From Fibrobacterota bacterium (GTDB lineage Bacteria; Fibrobacterota; Fibrobacteria; UBA11236), in NCBI GenBank assembly GCA_043753995.1, contig JAYUVP010000098.1, positions 52,708-116,707 of the forward strand: DNA of 64,000 nucleotides. The letters run 5' to 3'. The position numbers and the translations under genes are program-made. Of the stretch, positions 1 through 9,000 are shown one piece after another (within the stretch, counting starts at the first letter, position 1; each line of letters begins with the position of its first letter). A model generated the notes under the pieces. The model was not told where the DNA came from. It saw nothing but the letters and a program-made list of their open reading frames with translations, and made no database searches.

Positions 1-1
1 A

Positions 2-601
2 GGCGAACCGCCTCAAGACGGTGGGGAAGGTGGACAGGGGACGACAGGCGGACTCATGAAGAGGGCCACGGGCGTTCTCATCGCCGAACCGGTGCGTTTT
101 CGCCTATTCTATGACATCGACGGCATAGTCTGGGCAGGCCTGAATGAACCCGACACCAAATGGGCTTGGGCCCCGGGCAATTGCACCGGTCCGCATCCGG
201 ATGAATCCATGACCGATACCGTGCCCTATATTTGCGCAGGATACCCTGACATCGCCGGCACGAGCGATTCGACTGCCCCGACTCTTGAGCGCTACTATTT
301 GAATGAGTCTAGCGTCTTCGGCCTCTTCTTCAATTCCGATGACACCTTTATCGGAGGGTATTCCCGGCGTTACCTAGTGCAAGGCTCAAGCCGCACGCCG
401 GGATTTGAGCCCGTCACCCCCATTCGCTTTTTCACGGCTTTGGGTGGCGGTGCCTATCACTTCGCCAACTATGGTTCTTCGGTGAGTTCGAGTTATTTCG
501 AAACCAATGATTTCCGCCGAGAGGCACATAGTGGCAGCTACACCGTAGAGCGCGGCACCCCTGGAGATTATTCCGCAACCCTTTCACCACCGAGTCTTTA
601 G
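2..601 (+). CDS. Hypothetical protein, 5'-truncated by window edge
   Basis: The frame of ORF 56..601 stays open to position 2 (GEPPQDGGEGGQGTTGGLMKRAT...). No recognisable domain. Confidence 0.6.
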   Translation, partial: GEPPQDGGEGGQGTTGGLMKRATGVLIAEPVRFRLFYDIDGIVWAGLNEPDTKWAWAPGNCTGPHPDESMTDTVPYICAGYPDIAGTSDSTAPTLERYYLNESSVFGLFFNSDDTFIGGYSRRYLVQGSSRTPGFEPVTPIRFFTALGGGAYHFANYGSSVSSSYFETNDFRREAHSGSYTVERGTPGDYSATLSPPSL

Positions 602-626
602 AAGCCATCTCTAAAATCCTTCCTGG
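599..626 (+). repeat. Solo left end of the MITE seen at 60550..60714
   Basis: tagaagccatctctaaaatccttcctgg vs tagaagccatctcaaaaatccttctgg. It supplies the TAG stop of the upstream ORF. Confidence 0.7.
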
Positions 627-651
627 CATCTGCCGCCAGGAGGGGGGAGAC

Positions 652-698
652 GAGGCCGACCACGCTTGCCGGGAATGACGGGCCGAAGGCGCGGGGGG
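652..698 (+). repeat. Intergenic repeat family B, copy 1
   Basis: gaggccgacc-N17-cgggccgaaggc-gcgggggg. Same layout at 39878 and 43624. Confidence 0.5.
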
Positions 699-846
699 AG
701 ACCCAGGGAAGGAGTGCTTTACGATACGTCCCCCCGATAAAGGGTGCCTAGAGTGTTGTCCGTCGATTTTTATGGTGGATTCGCTGTTTGTTGTTCTCCC
801 TTTTTCATGGTTAGCCTAACTTTGTTGTTTCAACGGAGGCGTAGCC

Positions 847-3141
847 ATGACTGCCAAACACAGGTGGACTTTTTTTCGTGCGGGAGGCTTTGATCAGGTC
901 AAGCTCGAAACGGGTGACGACTTGATGAATCTCGCTTCGCTCGATCAGAAGCTGTGGGTGGCCTTGGCATGTCCGACCAGCGGGCTGGAAATCGACAAGC
1001 GCACTCTTGAATTGATTGACAGCGATAACAATGGTCGCGTGCGTGTGAGAGAGCTGATTGCCGCTGTGCAATTCGCCGGGCAAAGCGTAAAGAATGCCGA
1101 CGATTTGCTCAAGGGCGAAATGAGCCTGCCCTTGGCTTCGATACAAGACGGCACGGCGGAAGGCAAAACCCTGCTGTCCTCGGCCAAACAAATCTTGCAT
1201 CATATCGGCAAAAGCGACGCAAAGACGATTTCGGTGGAAGATGTTTCGGACAAGGCTCGCATTTTCGCGAATACCGCCTTCAATGGCGATGGCGTCATCA
1301 CCGAGGCCTCAACGGAAGACGATGCGACCAAGCGATTGTTTGGCGAAATCATGGATTGTCTTGGAAGTGTGACGGATTTATCAGGAAAGCCGGGTATTGA
1401 TGCCGCCAAGGTCGATGCTTTTTTCGCGGAGGTAAAGTCCTATGGGGAATGGCATGCCCAGGCCGAAGCCGATGCCGCAACGATATGGCCTTTGGGACAG
1501 GAGAAGACGGCGCAGGCAGCAGGAGCCATAGCGGCGGTGAAGCGCAAGGTCGATGACTATTTCGGACGTTGCCGCCTGGCGGCTTTTGATCCGCGCACCG
1601 CCTCCTTGCTCAATCGCAAGGAAGAAGAATATCAGGCTATCACCAGTCAGGATTTGAGTTTTACCGTGAACGAAGTCGCAGCCTTCCCTCTGGCTGCCGT
1701 TGCTGCGGGCAAGCCCTTGTCTTTAGCAACGGGCCTCAATCCCGCCCATGCCGCCGCCGTAGCCGACCTGGTGGAAAAGGCCATCACGCCCTTGCTCGGA
1801 TCGCGAACGCAATTGACCGAAGCGGATTGGGTGGCCCTGCTTGCGAAAATCGCTCCCTATCAAGCTTGGGAATCACAAAAGGCCTGTCCGCATGTCGAAA
1901 AACTTGGGCATACCCGCCTGCTGGAAATCGCAGCAGGCCAAGGCCGAGCCGCTTTGTCGGATTTGATCGCGCGCGATATGGCCTTGGAAGCTGAATTCAA
2001 AAGCATCGAGAAAGTCGAAAAGCTGGTGCGCTATTATCGCGACTTGCGCTTGCTTTGCACGAATTTCGTGAACTTCAAGGATTTTTACGACGGTCAGGAT
2101 CCTGCGATTTTTCAATGCGGCACCCTGTATCTCGATCAGCGCGCCTGCCACCTATGCCTGCGTGTCGAGGATCCGGTCCGACATGCCGCCATGGCGGGTC
2201 TGGCGGGAGCCTACCTGACTTATCTCGATTGTGTCAGCAAGTCGACCTCGGAAAAAATGCAAATCGTGGCTGCCTTCACATCCGGAGATTCAGACAATTT
2301 GATGGTGGGCCGCAATGGCCTTTTCTATGATCGCCAAGGCCTGGATTGGGATGCGACCATAGTCAAAATCATCGATAATCCCATCAACATTGGCCAGGCT
2401 TTTTGGTCGCCCTATAAGAAATTCGTGCGCTATCTCGAAGAGCAGGTGAATAAGCGCGCGGCTGCCGCGGACGCCGAGTCGCACAATCAACTCGCTGCTA
2501 CCGCGGTGACCGCCGTGAACGTGGACAAAACCAAACCGCCCGTAGTTCCGAAAAAGTTGGACGTGGGAACTGTAGCTGCCATTGGCGTAGCCGCAGGTGC
2601 CATTGGCACTTTTTTCACCGCCATGGTGGGCTATGCCACCGGCATTTTCAAGCTGGGCCTTTTGCCCACGGTCGGTGCTTTGATTGGCGTGCTGCTTCTC
2701 ATTTCGACGCCTTCGGTGATCATGGCCTATGTGAAGCTTCGCAAGCGCAACCTGGGTCCCATCCTCGATGCCAATGGCTGGGCCGTGAATGCCAAGGCGA
2801 AGATCAATGTGCCCTTCGGAGCTACGCTTAGCAGCACGGCCAAATTACCGCCTGGTTCGCGCCGCGATTCGAGCGATCCCTATGCCGAAAAGGGCCTGCC
2901 CTGGAAGCGCCTGGCCCTGGCGACCGTGTTATTATATGGCTGCTACCGATATTACACCGGCAGTCTGGATCGGGTCTTGCCCGCGGCTGCTCGTTCCGTC
3001 AAGGTGCTGGGCAAATGGTCTCCTAAGGCGGAGAAGGCTCCGGCAGCCGTGCCCGCGCCAGTGAAGGACGCGAACGTTCCCGCACCTGCGGCGGCTTCGG
3101 AATCGGCCCCCGAAGTGGCACCAGCGGCGACAACTCCCTGA
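847..3141 (+). CDS. Conserved hypothetical membrane protein with EF-hand-like motif
   Basis: 764 aa, GGAGG RBS. EF-hand-like loop DSDNNGRVRVRE, hydrophobic helices near aa 575-630 and 690-705, Pro/Ala-rich tail. Confidence 0.8.
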   Translation: MTAKHRWTFFRAGGFDQVKLETGDDLMNLASLDQKLWVALACPTSGLEIDKRTLELIDSDNNGRVRVRELIAAVQFAGQSVKNADDLLKGEMSLPLASIQDGTAEGKTLLSSAKQILHHIGKSDAKTISVEDVSDKARIFANTAFNGDGVITEASTEDDATKRLFGEIMDCLGSVTDLSGKPGIDAAKVDAFFAEVKSYGEWHAQAEADAATIWPLGQEKTAQAAGAIAAVKRKVDDYFGRCRLAAFDPRTASLLNRKEEEYQAITSQDLSFTVNEVAAFPLAAVAAGKPLSLATGLNPAHAAAVADLVEKAITPLLGSRTQLTEADWVALLAKIAPYQAWESQKACPHVEKLGHTRLLEIAAGQGRAALSDLIARDMALEAEFKSIEKVEKLVRYYRDLRLLCTNFVNFKDFYDGQDPAIFQCGTLYLDQRACHLCLRVEDPVRHAAMAGLAGAYLTYLDCVSKSTSEKMQIVAAFTSGDSDNLMVGRNGLFYDRQGLDWDATIVKIIDNPINIGQAFWSPYKKFVRYLEEQVNKRAAAADAESHNQLAATAVTAVNVDKTKPPVVPKKLDVGTVAAIGVAAGAIGTFFTAMVGYATGIFKLGLLPTVGALIGVLLLISTPSVIMAYVKLRKRNLGPILDANGWAVNAKAKINVPFGATLSSTAKLPPGSRRDSSDPYAEKGLPWKRLALATVLLYGCYRYYTGSLDRVLPAAARSVKVLGKWSPKAEKAPAAVPAPVKDANVPAPAAASESAPEVAPAATTP

Positions 3142-3147
3142 AAAAAT

Positions 3148-3176
3148 CGGCGCCTGCAGTTCGCGCGCCGTCTTTT
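3148..3176 (+). terminator. Putative intrinsic terminator
   Basis: cggcgc/gcgccg stem right after the stop, followed by tctttt and preceded by an A-run. Confidence 0.45.
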
Positions 3177-3198
3177 CAGCTTCGAAAAGCCATACGGT

Positions 3199-3236
3199 GT
3201 TACCCCCATGTTTCGGTAACATACAGGATACATTTT
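3199..3236. promoter_or_regulatory. Conserved 38-bp intergenic motif (GTTAC-N12-GTAAC), copy 1
   Basis: 33/38 identical to 10505..10542. Confidence 0.6.
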
Positions 3237-3348
3237 CGCATTTTTCGGGCTTATTCTTGAGATAATTACGCGATACGCATCCCTGTTAGGTCATATTGGG
3301 AAAGCTATGCCTTCGGTTGAAGGCGGTACTGGCTTCTAGGAGCACTCA

Positions 3349-4254
3349 ATGAAAACATGGACTGGACAAAAAAAAATCGTCATGGCGACCTTGGTATTCG
3401 TGGCCCTCGGTCTCACCGGATGCCTGACGAACGACGATCCAAAATCGAGCGCCGTGCAAATTGCCGATTTGAAAGTGACGCCCAATAGCATTATCGCCGG
3501 AGAAGGTGCCTATGTCGAGGGCACCTTGACTTCTACCAATGCCTTGACCTCGGTCAAGGTGACGATTTGGAAAGGCACGACGGACATGACCCTGGGCAAA
3601 GGTTTCACAGTCACCCAAGGTGCCTTGGGCGATGCGAAGAAAGCCTGGAGCCTGAAATCGGATGGTAATGTGCGTGTTACGGTAGGTGGGGCGGCGGCCA
3701 CGGGGGAATACACCGTCAAGGTGAGCGCCTTTGCGGGTATTGATTCGACAAGTGCTACAGCGACGCTTACCGTGACGGGAAAAGCCGTCACCACCCAGGA
3801 AATCGTTTTAGGATCCAATAAAAATGCCTTGGGTGGCTCGGTGGATTTGGACGCGATGCTGGTGTACTTGCACGCGGATGCTAAGGCCATTTCCGGAAAA
3901 ATCGATCTCTATTATGCCCATTCGGTTACGGGCGGGGACCGGCTTTTCACTCCGGCCCAAGCCAAGGTGAGCGGTTTCGGCGTGGAAACCAATGGCCCTG
4001 CAACTTGGACGGTGGCCAATGATACCGAGTTTCGCGAATTGATTTTGAGCGAAAGCGCTTTTGCGGCTATCACAACGCAAGAATCCATCGACGCGCTTTG
4101 GGCGGGAGCGACTGCTATTACCAGTGGCGGCGATGCCGTATCCGAAGGTGCCACCTATATCGTGAATACTGAGATGGCGAAAAAGGTTTTGATTCGGGTT
4201 ACCGCTATAACGGCGGGAGATGCCGGGACCTTGACCGTCAAAGGCACCAAGTAA
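3349..4254 (+). CDS. Hypothetical lipoprotein (beta-rich)
   Basis: AGGAG RBS, signal peptide with lipobox LTGC, 301 aa. Confidence 0.8.
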   Translation: MKTWTGQKKIVMATLVFVALGLTGCLTNDDPKSSAVQIADLKVTPNSIIAGEGAYVEGTLTSTNALTSVKVTIWKGTTDMTLGKGFTVTQGALGDAKKAWSLKSDGNVRVTVGGAAATGEYTVKVSAFAGIDSTSATATLTVTGKAVTTQEIVLGSNKNALGGSVDLDAMLVYLHADAKAISGKIDLYYAHSVTGGDRLFTPAQAKVSGFGVETNGPATWTVANDTEFRELILSESAFAAITTQESIDALWAGATAITSGGDAVSEGATYIVNTEMAKKVLIRVTAITAGDAGTLTVKGTK

Positions 4255-4275
4255 AAACTCGAGGTTGGTCTGCTC

Positions 4276-5190
4276 ATGACTTCAAAAGCTCGCAATATTA
4301 TTCAAGTGGCTTGGACGCTTTTACGAGACACTTATAACAGTTGGAGTGCAGACAAAGCGTCGCGGCTAGCCGCGGCGCTTTCCTATTACACCATTTTTTC
4401 GATCGCTCCCTTATTGATCCTGGTCATCGCCATCGCAGGATGGGTTTTCAATAAAGAAGCGGCTAGTACTCGAATATTTGACCAAGTTCACTCCTTGGTG
4501 GGTGAAGATGGGGCTTCCATCATCAAAACCATGGTCGAAAGCGCAGGAAAATCAGAGAGCACTTTTTTTGCCACCGCAATTGGGATCATCGCCTTGCTTA
4601 TCGGTGCGTCGGGGGCATTTATCCAACTTCAAGACGCATTAAATTCAATCTGGGGTGTGCAAGCCAAGCATGGCCACGGCCTCTTGATTTTTATTCAAAA
4701 GCGCCTGCTTTCTTTTTCCATGGTCTTGGTGATCGGCTTCATGCTTTTGGTCAGCTTGGTGCTCAGCGCCATCCTGGCGGGCATGGGCCAATTTTTGAAT
4801 CGGGTTTTGCCATTTCCCGAAGTCTTGCTGCAAATTTTCAATTTCGTGATTTCCTTTGGGGTCACGGCATTGCTCTTCACCTTGATTTTCAAGGTTTTGC
4901 CGGATGTCCTCGTGAAATGGAAAGACGTTTGGGTGGGCGGGGTCGTCACTGCCCTTCTCTTCTCCCTGGGCCGGTATTTGATAGGCCTGTATTTAGGTCG
5001 TGGAAGCGTGAGTTCGGCCTATGGCGCCGCGGGGTCCTTCGTCATTGTGCTTGTATGGATTTATTACTCCTCGCAAATTCTTTTATTTGGAGCCGAATTC
5101 ACCAAGGTCTATGCCAATCGAGGAGGCGAGTCGGTTCAGCCTTCGCTCCATGCCGAGGTTGCTCCTGAGGTGATTCCGGCGAGCCATTAA
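4276..5190 (+). CDS. YihY/BrkB family inner-membrane protein
   Basis: AAALSYYTIFSIAP, LNSIWGV, YGAAGSFVIVLVWIYYSSQILLFGAE signatures. Confidence 0.92.
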   Translation: MTSKARNIIQVAWTLLRDTYNSWSADKASRLAAALSYYTIFSIAPLLILVIAIAGWVFNKEAASTRIFDQVHSLVGEDGASIIKTMVESAGKSESTFFATAIGIIALLIGASGAFIQLQDALNSIWGVQAKHGHGLLIFIQKRLLSFSMVLVIGFMLLVSLVLSAILAGMGQFLNRVLPFPEVLLQIFNFVISFGVTALLFTLIFKVLPDVLVKWKDVWVGGVVTALLFSLGRYLIGLYLGRGSVSSAYGAAGSFVIVLVWIYYSSQILLFGAEFTKVYANRGGESVQPSLHAEVAPEVIPASH

Positions 5191-5345
5191 TCCCATTATG
5201 GCTCATTGTTATAGGTGTTGTTTCGAAGTTTGAGTTGTAGCCCCATACGACGGGTATAGGGTTTCGATGCAGTAAGTAATTTGATTTGCGGATTCGCATT
5301 CCTTTTTAGCGAAAACAAACACAAATTGTTACTGAGGATTCGAAA

Positions 5346-5966
5346 ATGAAGAATTTTGCATTACCCTGCATGCCGAAATGGACTCCGTTCCTTGCTTTGA
5401 CCTTGCTCTGGATTGCCGGAATAACCTCCGTAGCCCCGGCCCAGAACGCACCGGAAGGGCTGTTGCCTGTGCACGAAGCCTATTCCAACGGGGATTTCGA
5501 AGTAGTGCTCACTCGCATCGAGGCTTATCAGAAGCGTCATCGTAGCCTTAGCCTGTCGGATTCGATTTTCATCGCCAAGCATTTGGCCGTGGTTTATGCC
5601 TCCAACCCCCAAACGCGCGAAAAAGGCCGTTATTACATGTTCCGTATGCTGGAAATGAACCCTTCCGCCGATTTAGTGGACATGTTCATCAGTCAAGATT
5701 TGGATGAAACCTTTGAAAAAGTGCGAAAAGAATTTTTAGTGAGACAAAATCGCTCGCAAGGCGTCAAAACCATACATGCCCCTCCGCCCAAGCCTGAAAA
5801 AGGTGAACGAACCATACCCCTTCCCGTTGCTAAGGCGGCTCCCAAACCAAGCAGCAAAACCTGGCTTTGGGTTGCAGGAGGAGCTGCTGTTGCGGCGGGT
5901 GCCGTGACGGCTTATTACTTGACTCTCGATCATCCGTCAGAAGGCAAAAACATTCCCCTGGACTAA
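5346..5966 (+). CDS. Exported TPR-like helical protein with C-terminal Gly/Ala-rich hydrophobic helix (paralog of 48828..49487)
   Basis: Signal peptide, helical domain, Pro/Lys linker, WLWVAGGAAVAAGAVTAYY. Confidence 0.75.
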   Translation: MKNFALPCMPKWTPFLALTLLWIAGITSVAPAQNAPEGLLPVHEAYSNGDFEVVLTRIEAYQKRHRSLSLSDSIFIAKHLAVVYASNPQTREKGRYYMFRMLEMNPSADLVDMFISQDLDETFEKVRKEFLVRQNRSQGVKTIHAPPPKPEKGERTIPLPVAKAAPKPSSKTWLWVAGGAAVAAGAVTAYYLTLDHPSEGKNIPLD

Positions 5967-6000
5967 AGCCGGCGCCCGCTAAACCTTAAGAGATCGCATC

Positions 6001-9000
6001 ATGAAATTCGAAGCCCCAGTTAAAAAAGCCATTCTATCCGCAGCATCTCTGCTGATCCTCATGCTTTTCCCTTTGATACTCCTCTCCTGTTTAGCGAAAT
6101 CGGAAGACGATACCGTTACCATCAAGGTGAAGCCGGCTTGGTTGGAATTGGACAGCTTTGAGGTGGTTTGGGTGGACGCCGAGGGAAAAGAGAAAGCGAT
6201 GCTTTTTCAAGGACCCTTAAAAAACGAATGGAGCCTCACCGATTTGCCAGGCAAGGGATATAAGGGAGAAGCCGCGGTTTTCATGCTGAGAGGGTATGAG
6301 GGCGGCGTCTTGGTTTTCGAGCAAAAGCGCGTTTTTAATCCGAATACCAATCCGAAAATTACCGTGACGACCTTGCGCGATCCCTGGGCGACTTCCGCCG
6401 GGCTTACCCTCGATCCGAAGCGCCTGAACTTAGTGGTGGGAGAAACCAAGGCCGTCCGTGCGGAAACGAATCCCGAGGAAGCGATCCAATCGGTCACCTG
6501 GGAAGCGCGAACTCCGGGCATAGTGGAAATCGTAAGCAATGCGGCTTCGCCGGGGAATGTCACGGTCAAAGCCTTACAGGCAGGCAGCACGGTGATTCTG
6601 GTTCGCGTTTCGACGGATCCCAAACTGGTGGATAGTGTAGTGGTCGATGTTTATTCGTCAGCCGACGCCCCTCCCGTCATTGATGCCTTTGGGCCCGATA
6701 CGGTGATTTCAATTAAGGATAGTGTGATGTTTTCCGCAGTCTTCCATGCCCGCAATGGGAAGCTGGCTACTTGTACTCTGGACGTGAATAGCGACGGTGT
6801 AGCTGAATTTCAAGAGAGCTTGACCGATTCCGCCCATTCCTTCAAGCGCAGCTTTGCCTATCCCGATACGGGAAACTTTTCGGCATCCTTGACCGTAGTC
6901 GATGCCGCCGGTCGAATCAGCCGCGAAACCGCCCTCATCGGGGTCCGTTTGGATGCGCCTCGAATTGATGCAGGAAACGATACCGGAATCGCAGTTGGCA
7001 GTTCTCTTGTATTTGTTGGCAAGGCGACCCAGGACTTTGGAACCTTGGTGTCCTACCGTTGGGATTTCAATGGCGACAATACTTGGGATTTCGAATCGAC
7101 GACCACGGGACAAACCACCCATACCTATGCGTCCGAAGGCACCTTCGTGGCGGTATTCGAAGTCAAAGATGATGACGGAAACGTTTCTCGTGATACACGC
7201 CGCGTGGATGTGGGCAATAAGGCCCCAGCATTCTCAGCCACCCTGCCTGACACCATCATCACTATCAAGGATGCCATCACCTTCAAAGGACGAGTCGCTG
7301 ACGGTGACGGCCTCATCACTAAGCTGGAATGGGACTTCACAGGGACCGGAACCTTCACCCATGCGACCACGCCCGGTCTCGCCCAGGTCGATTTCTCGGT
7401 GGAGCAGGTATTCAATACTCCCTCGGTGATCAAGGTGGTGGCCCGAGCGACGGATAATGGCGGAAAAACCTGGGATGACACGGTAAGGGTCGAGGTGCTA
7501 CTCGATGCTCCCAAGGTCAGCGCGGGAGATGACGTCTCCATGATCGCGGGTGGCCAGATCACCTTGAATGGCACGGCGACCGATGGCCGTGGCCAAGTGG
7601 TTACGACCGAATGGAAAATCGGATCTGGAAACTTTCTGCAAAGACGTCAGGGCGACACCTCCTTCACCGCCCCGAGCACGCCGCAAATCTTATGGGCCTT
7701 ATTCCGCGCCACGGACGATGACGGAAATCAAGTCATGGATTCGGTGAAAGTCACCGTGCGGGCGAGCACGGACAATTTGCTGAAATTGCTGTCGGTGGCT
7801 TCCGTGATTTTGTCGCCCACCACCTTCAATTCAGGGGTCTTCACTTATTCCGGGAGCGTGGCCAATTCCGTGACCTCGGTTTCGATTACCGCTGCCCCTG
7901 TGGATCCCACGGCGACCCTCACGGTGAACGGCGTGGCGGCCACTTCGGGGACGCCAAGCACGGTAAATCTCAGTACCAGTGTTAATGCCATCCCCATTGT
8001 GGTGAAAGCCCAGGACGGTTCTGAGGAGACCTATACGGTCACCATCACGCGGGCACAGGAGGCGAACAACTCTCTTCTAGCTCTGGCAGTCGCAACGGTC
8101 ACGCTTGCGCCTTCCACCTTTAATGCGGCGACCGTGATTTACTCGGGAACGGTGGCCTCGGCCGTGACCTCGGTATCGGTGACCGCGACGACACAAAGTG
8201 ACTTGGCGACCTTGTCGGTGAATAGTCTGGCAGCGACTTCGGGGACCGCGAGTACGGTGAATCTCACCACGGGTCCGAATGCCATCCCCATCGTGGTGAC
8301 AGCTCAGGACGGATCCAAGAAAACCTATACCGTGAACATTACCCGAGCGCAAGATGCGAATAACTCCTTGCTATCGCTGTCGGTGGCTTCGGTCACACTT
8401 GCACCTGCCATCTTTAATGCGGCGACCTTGAATTACACAGGGTCGGTAGCCTCTTCGGTGACTTCGGTTTCGGTGACCGCGACGGTGCAAAGTGCGTCAG
8501 CAACCATGACGGTAAATGGGACTACCGCCACCTCGGGGGCCGCGCGCACGGTCAATCTCACCACGGGCCCCAATGCTATTCCCATTGTCGTCACCGCGCA
8601 AGACGGAACAACAAAAACCTATACAGTGACCATCACCCAACCCGATGCGAATAACGCCTTGCTTTCGCTGTCGGTGGCTTCGGTCACGCTTACGCCTAAT
8701 ATCTTCAATGCGGCGACCTTGAATTACACGGGTACGGTGGCTTCTTCGGTGGCTTCGGTCTCGATGACCGCGACCGTGCAAAGTGCCTCGGCGACTCTGA
8801 CGGTGAATGGGACTACCGCCACCTCGGGGACCGCGCGCACGGTCAATCTTGTCCCGGGTCCGAATGCCATCCCCATCGTGGTGACGGCACAAGACGGGAC
8901 AACCCGAACCTATACGGTGACCATCACCCAGCCGGATGCGAATAATGCGTTGCTATCGCTGTCGGTGGCTTCGGTCACGCTTGCACCCGCCACCTTCAAT

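Noticed and set aside
3199..3236. dif/Xer site or integron attC
   Set aside because: Only a partial TATGTTA resemblance. It lacks the 11-6-11 dif layout and the long attC palindrome, and no integrase is present.
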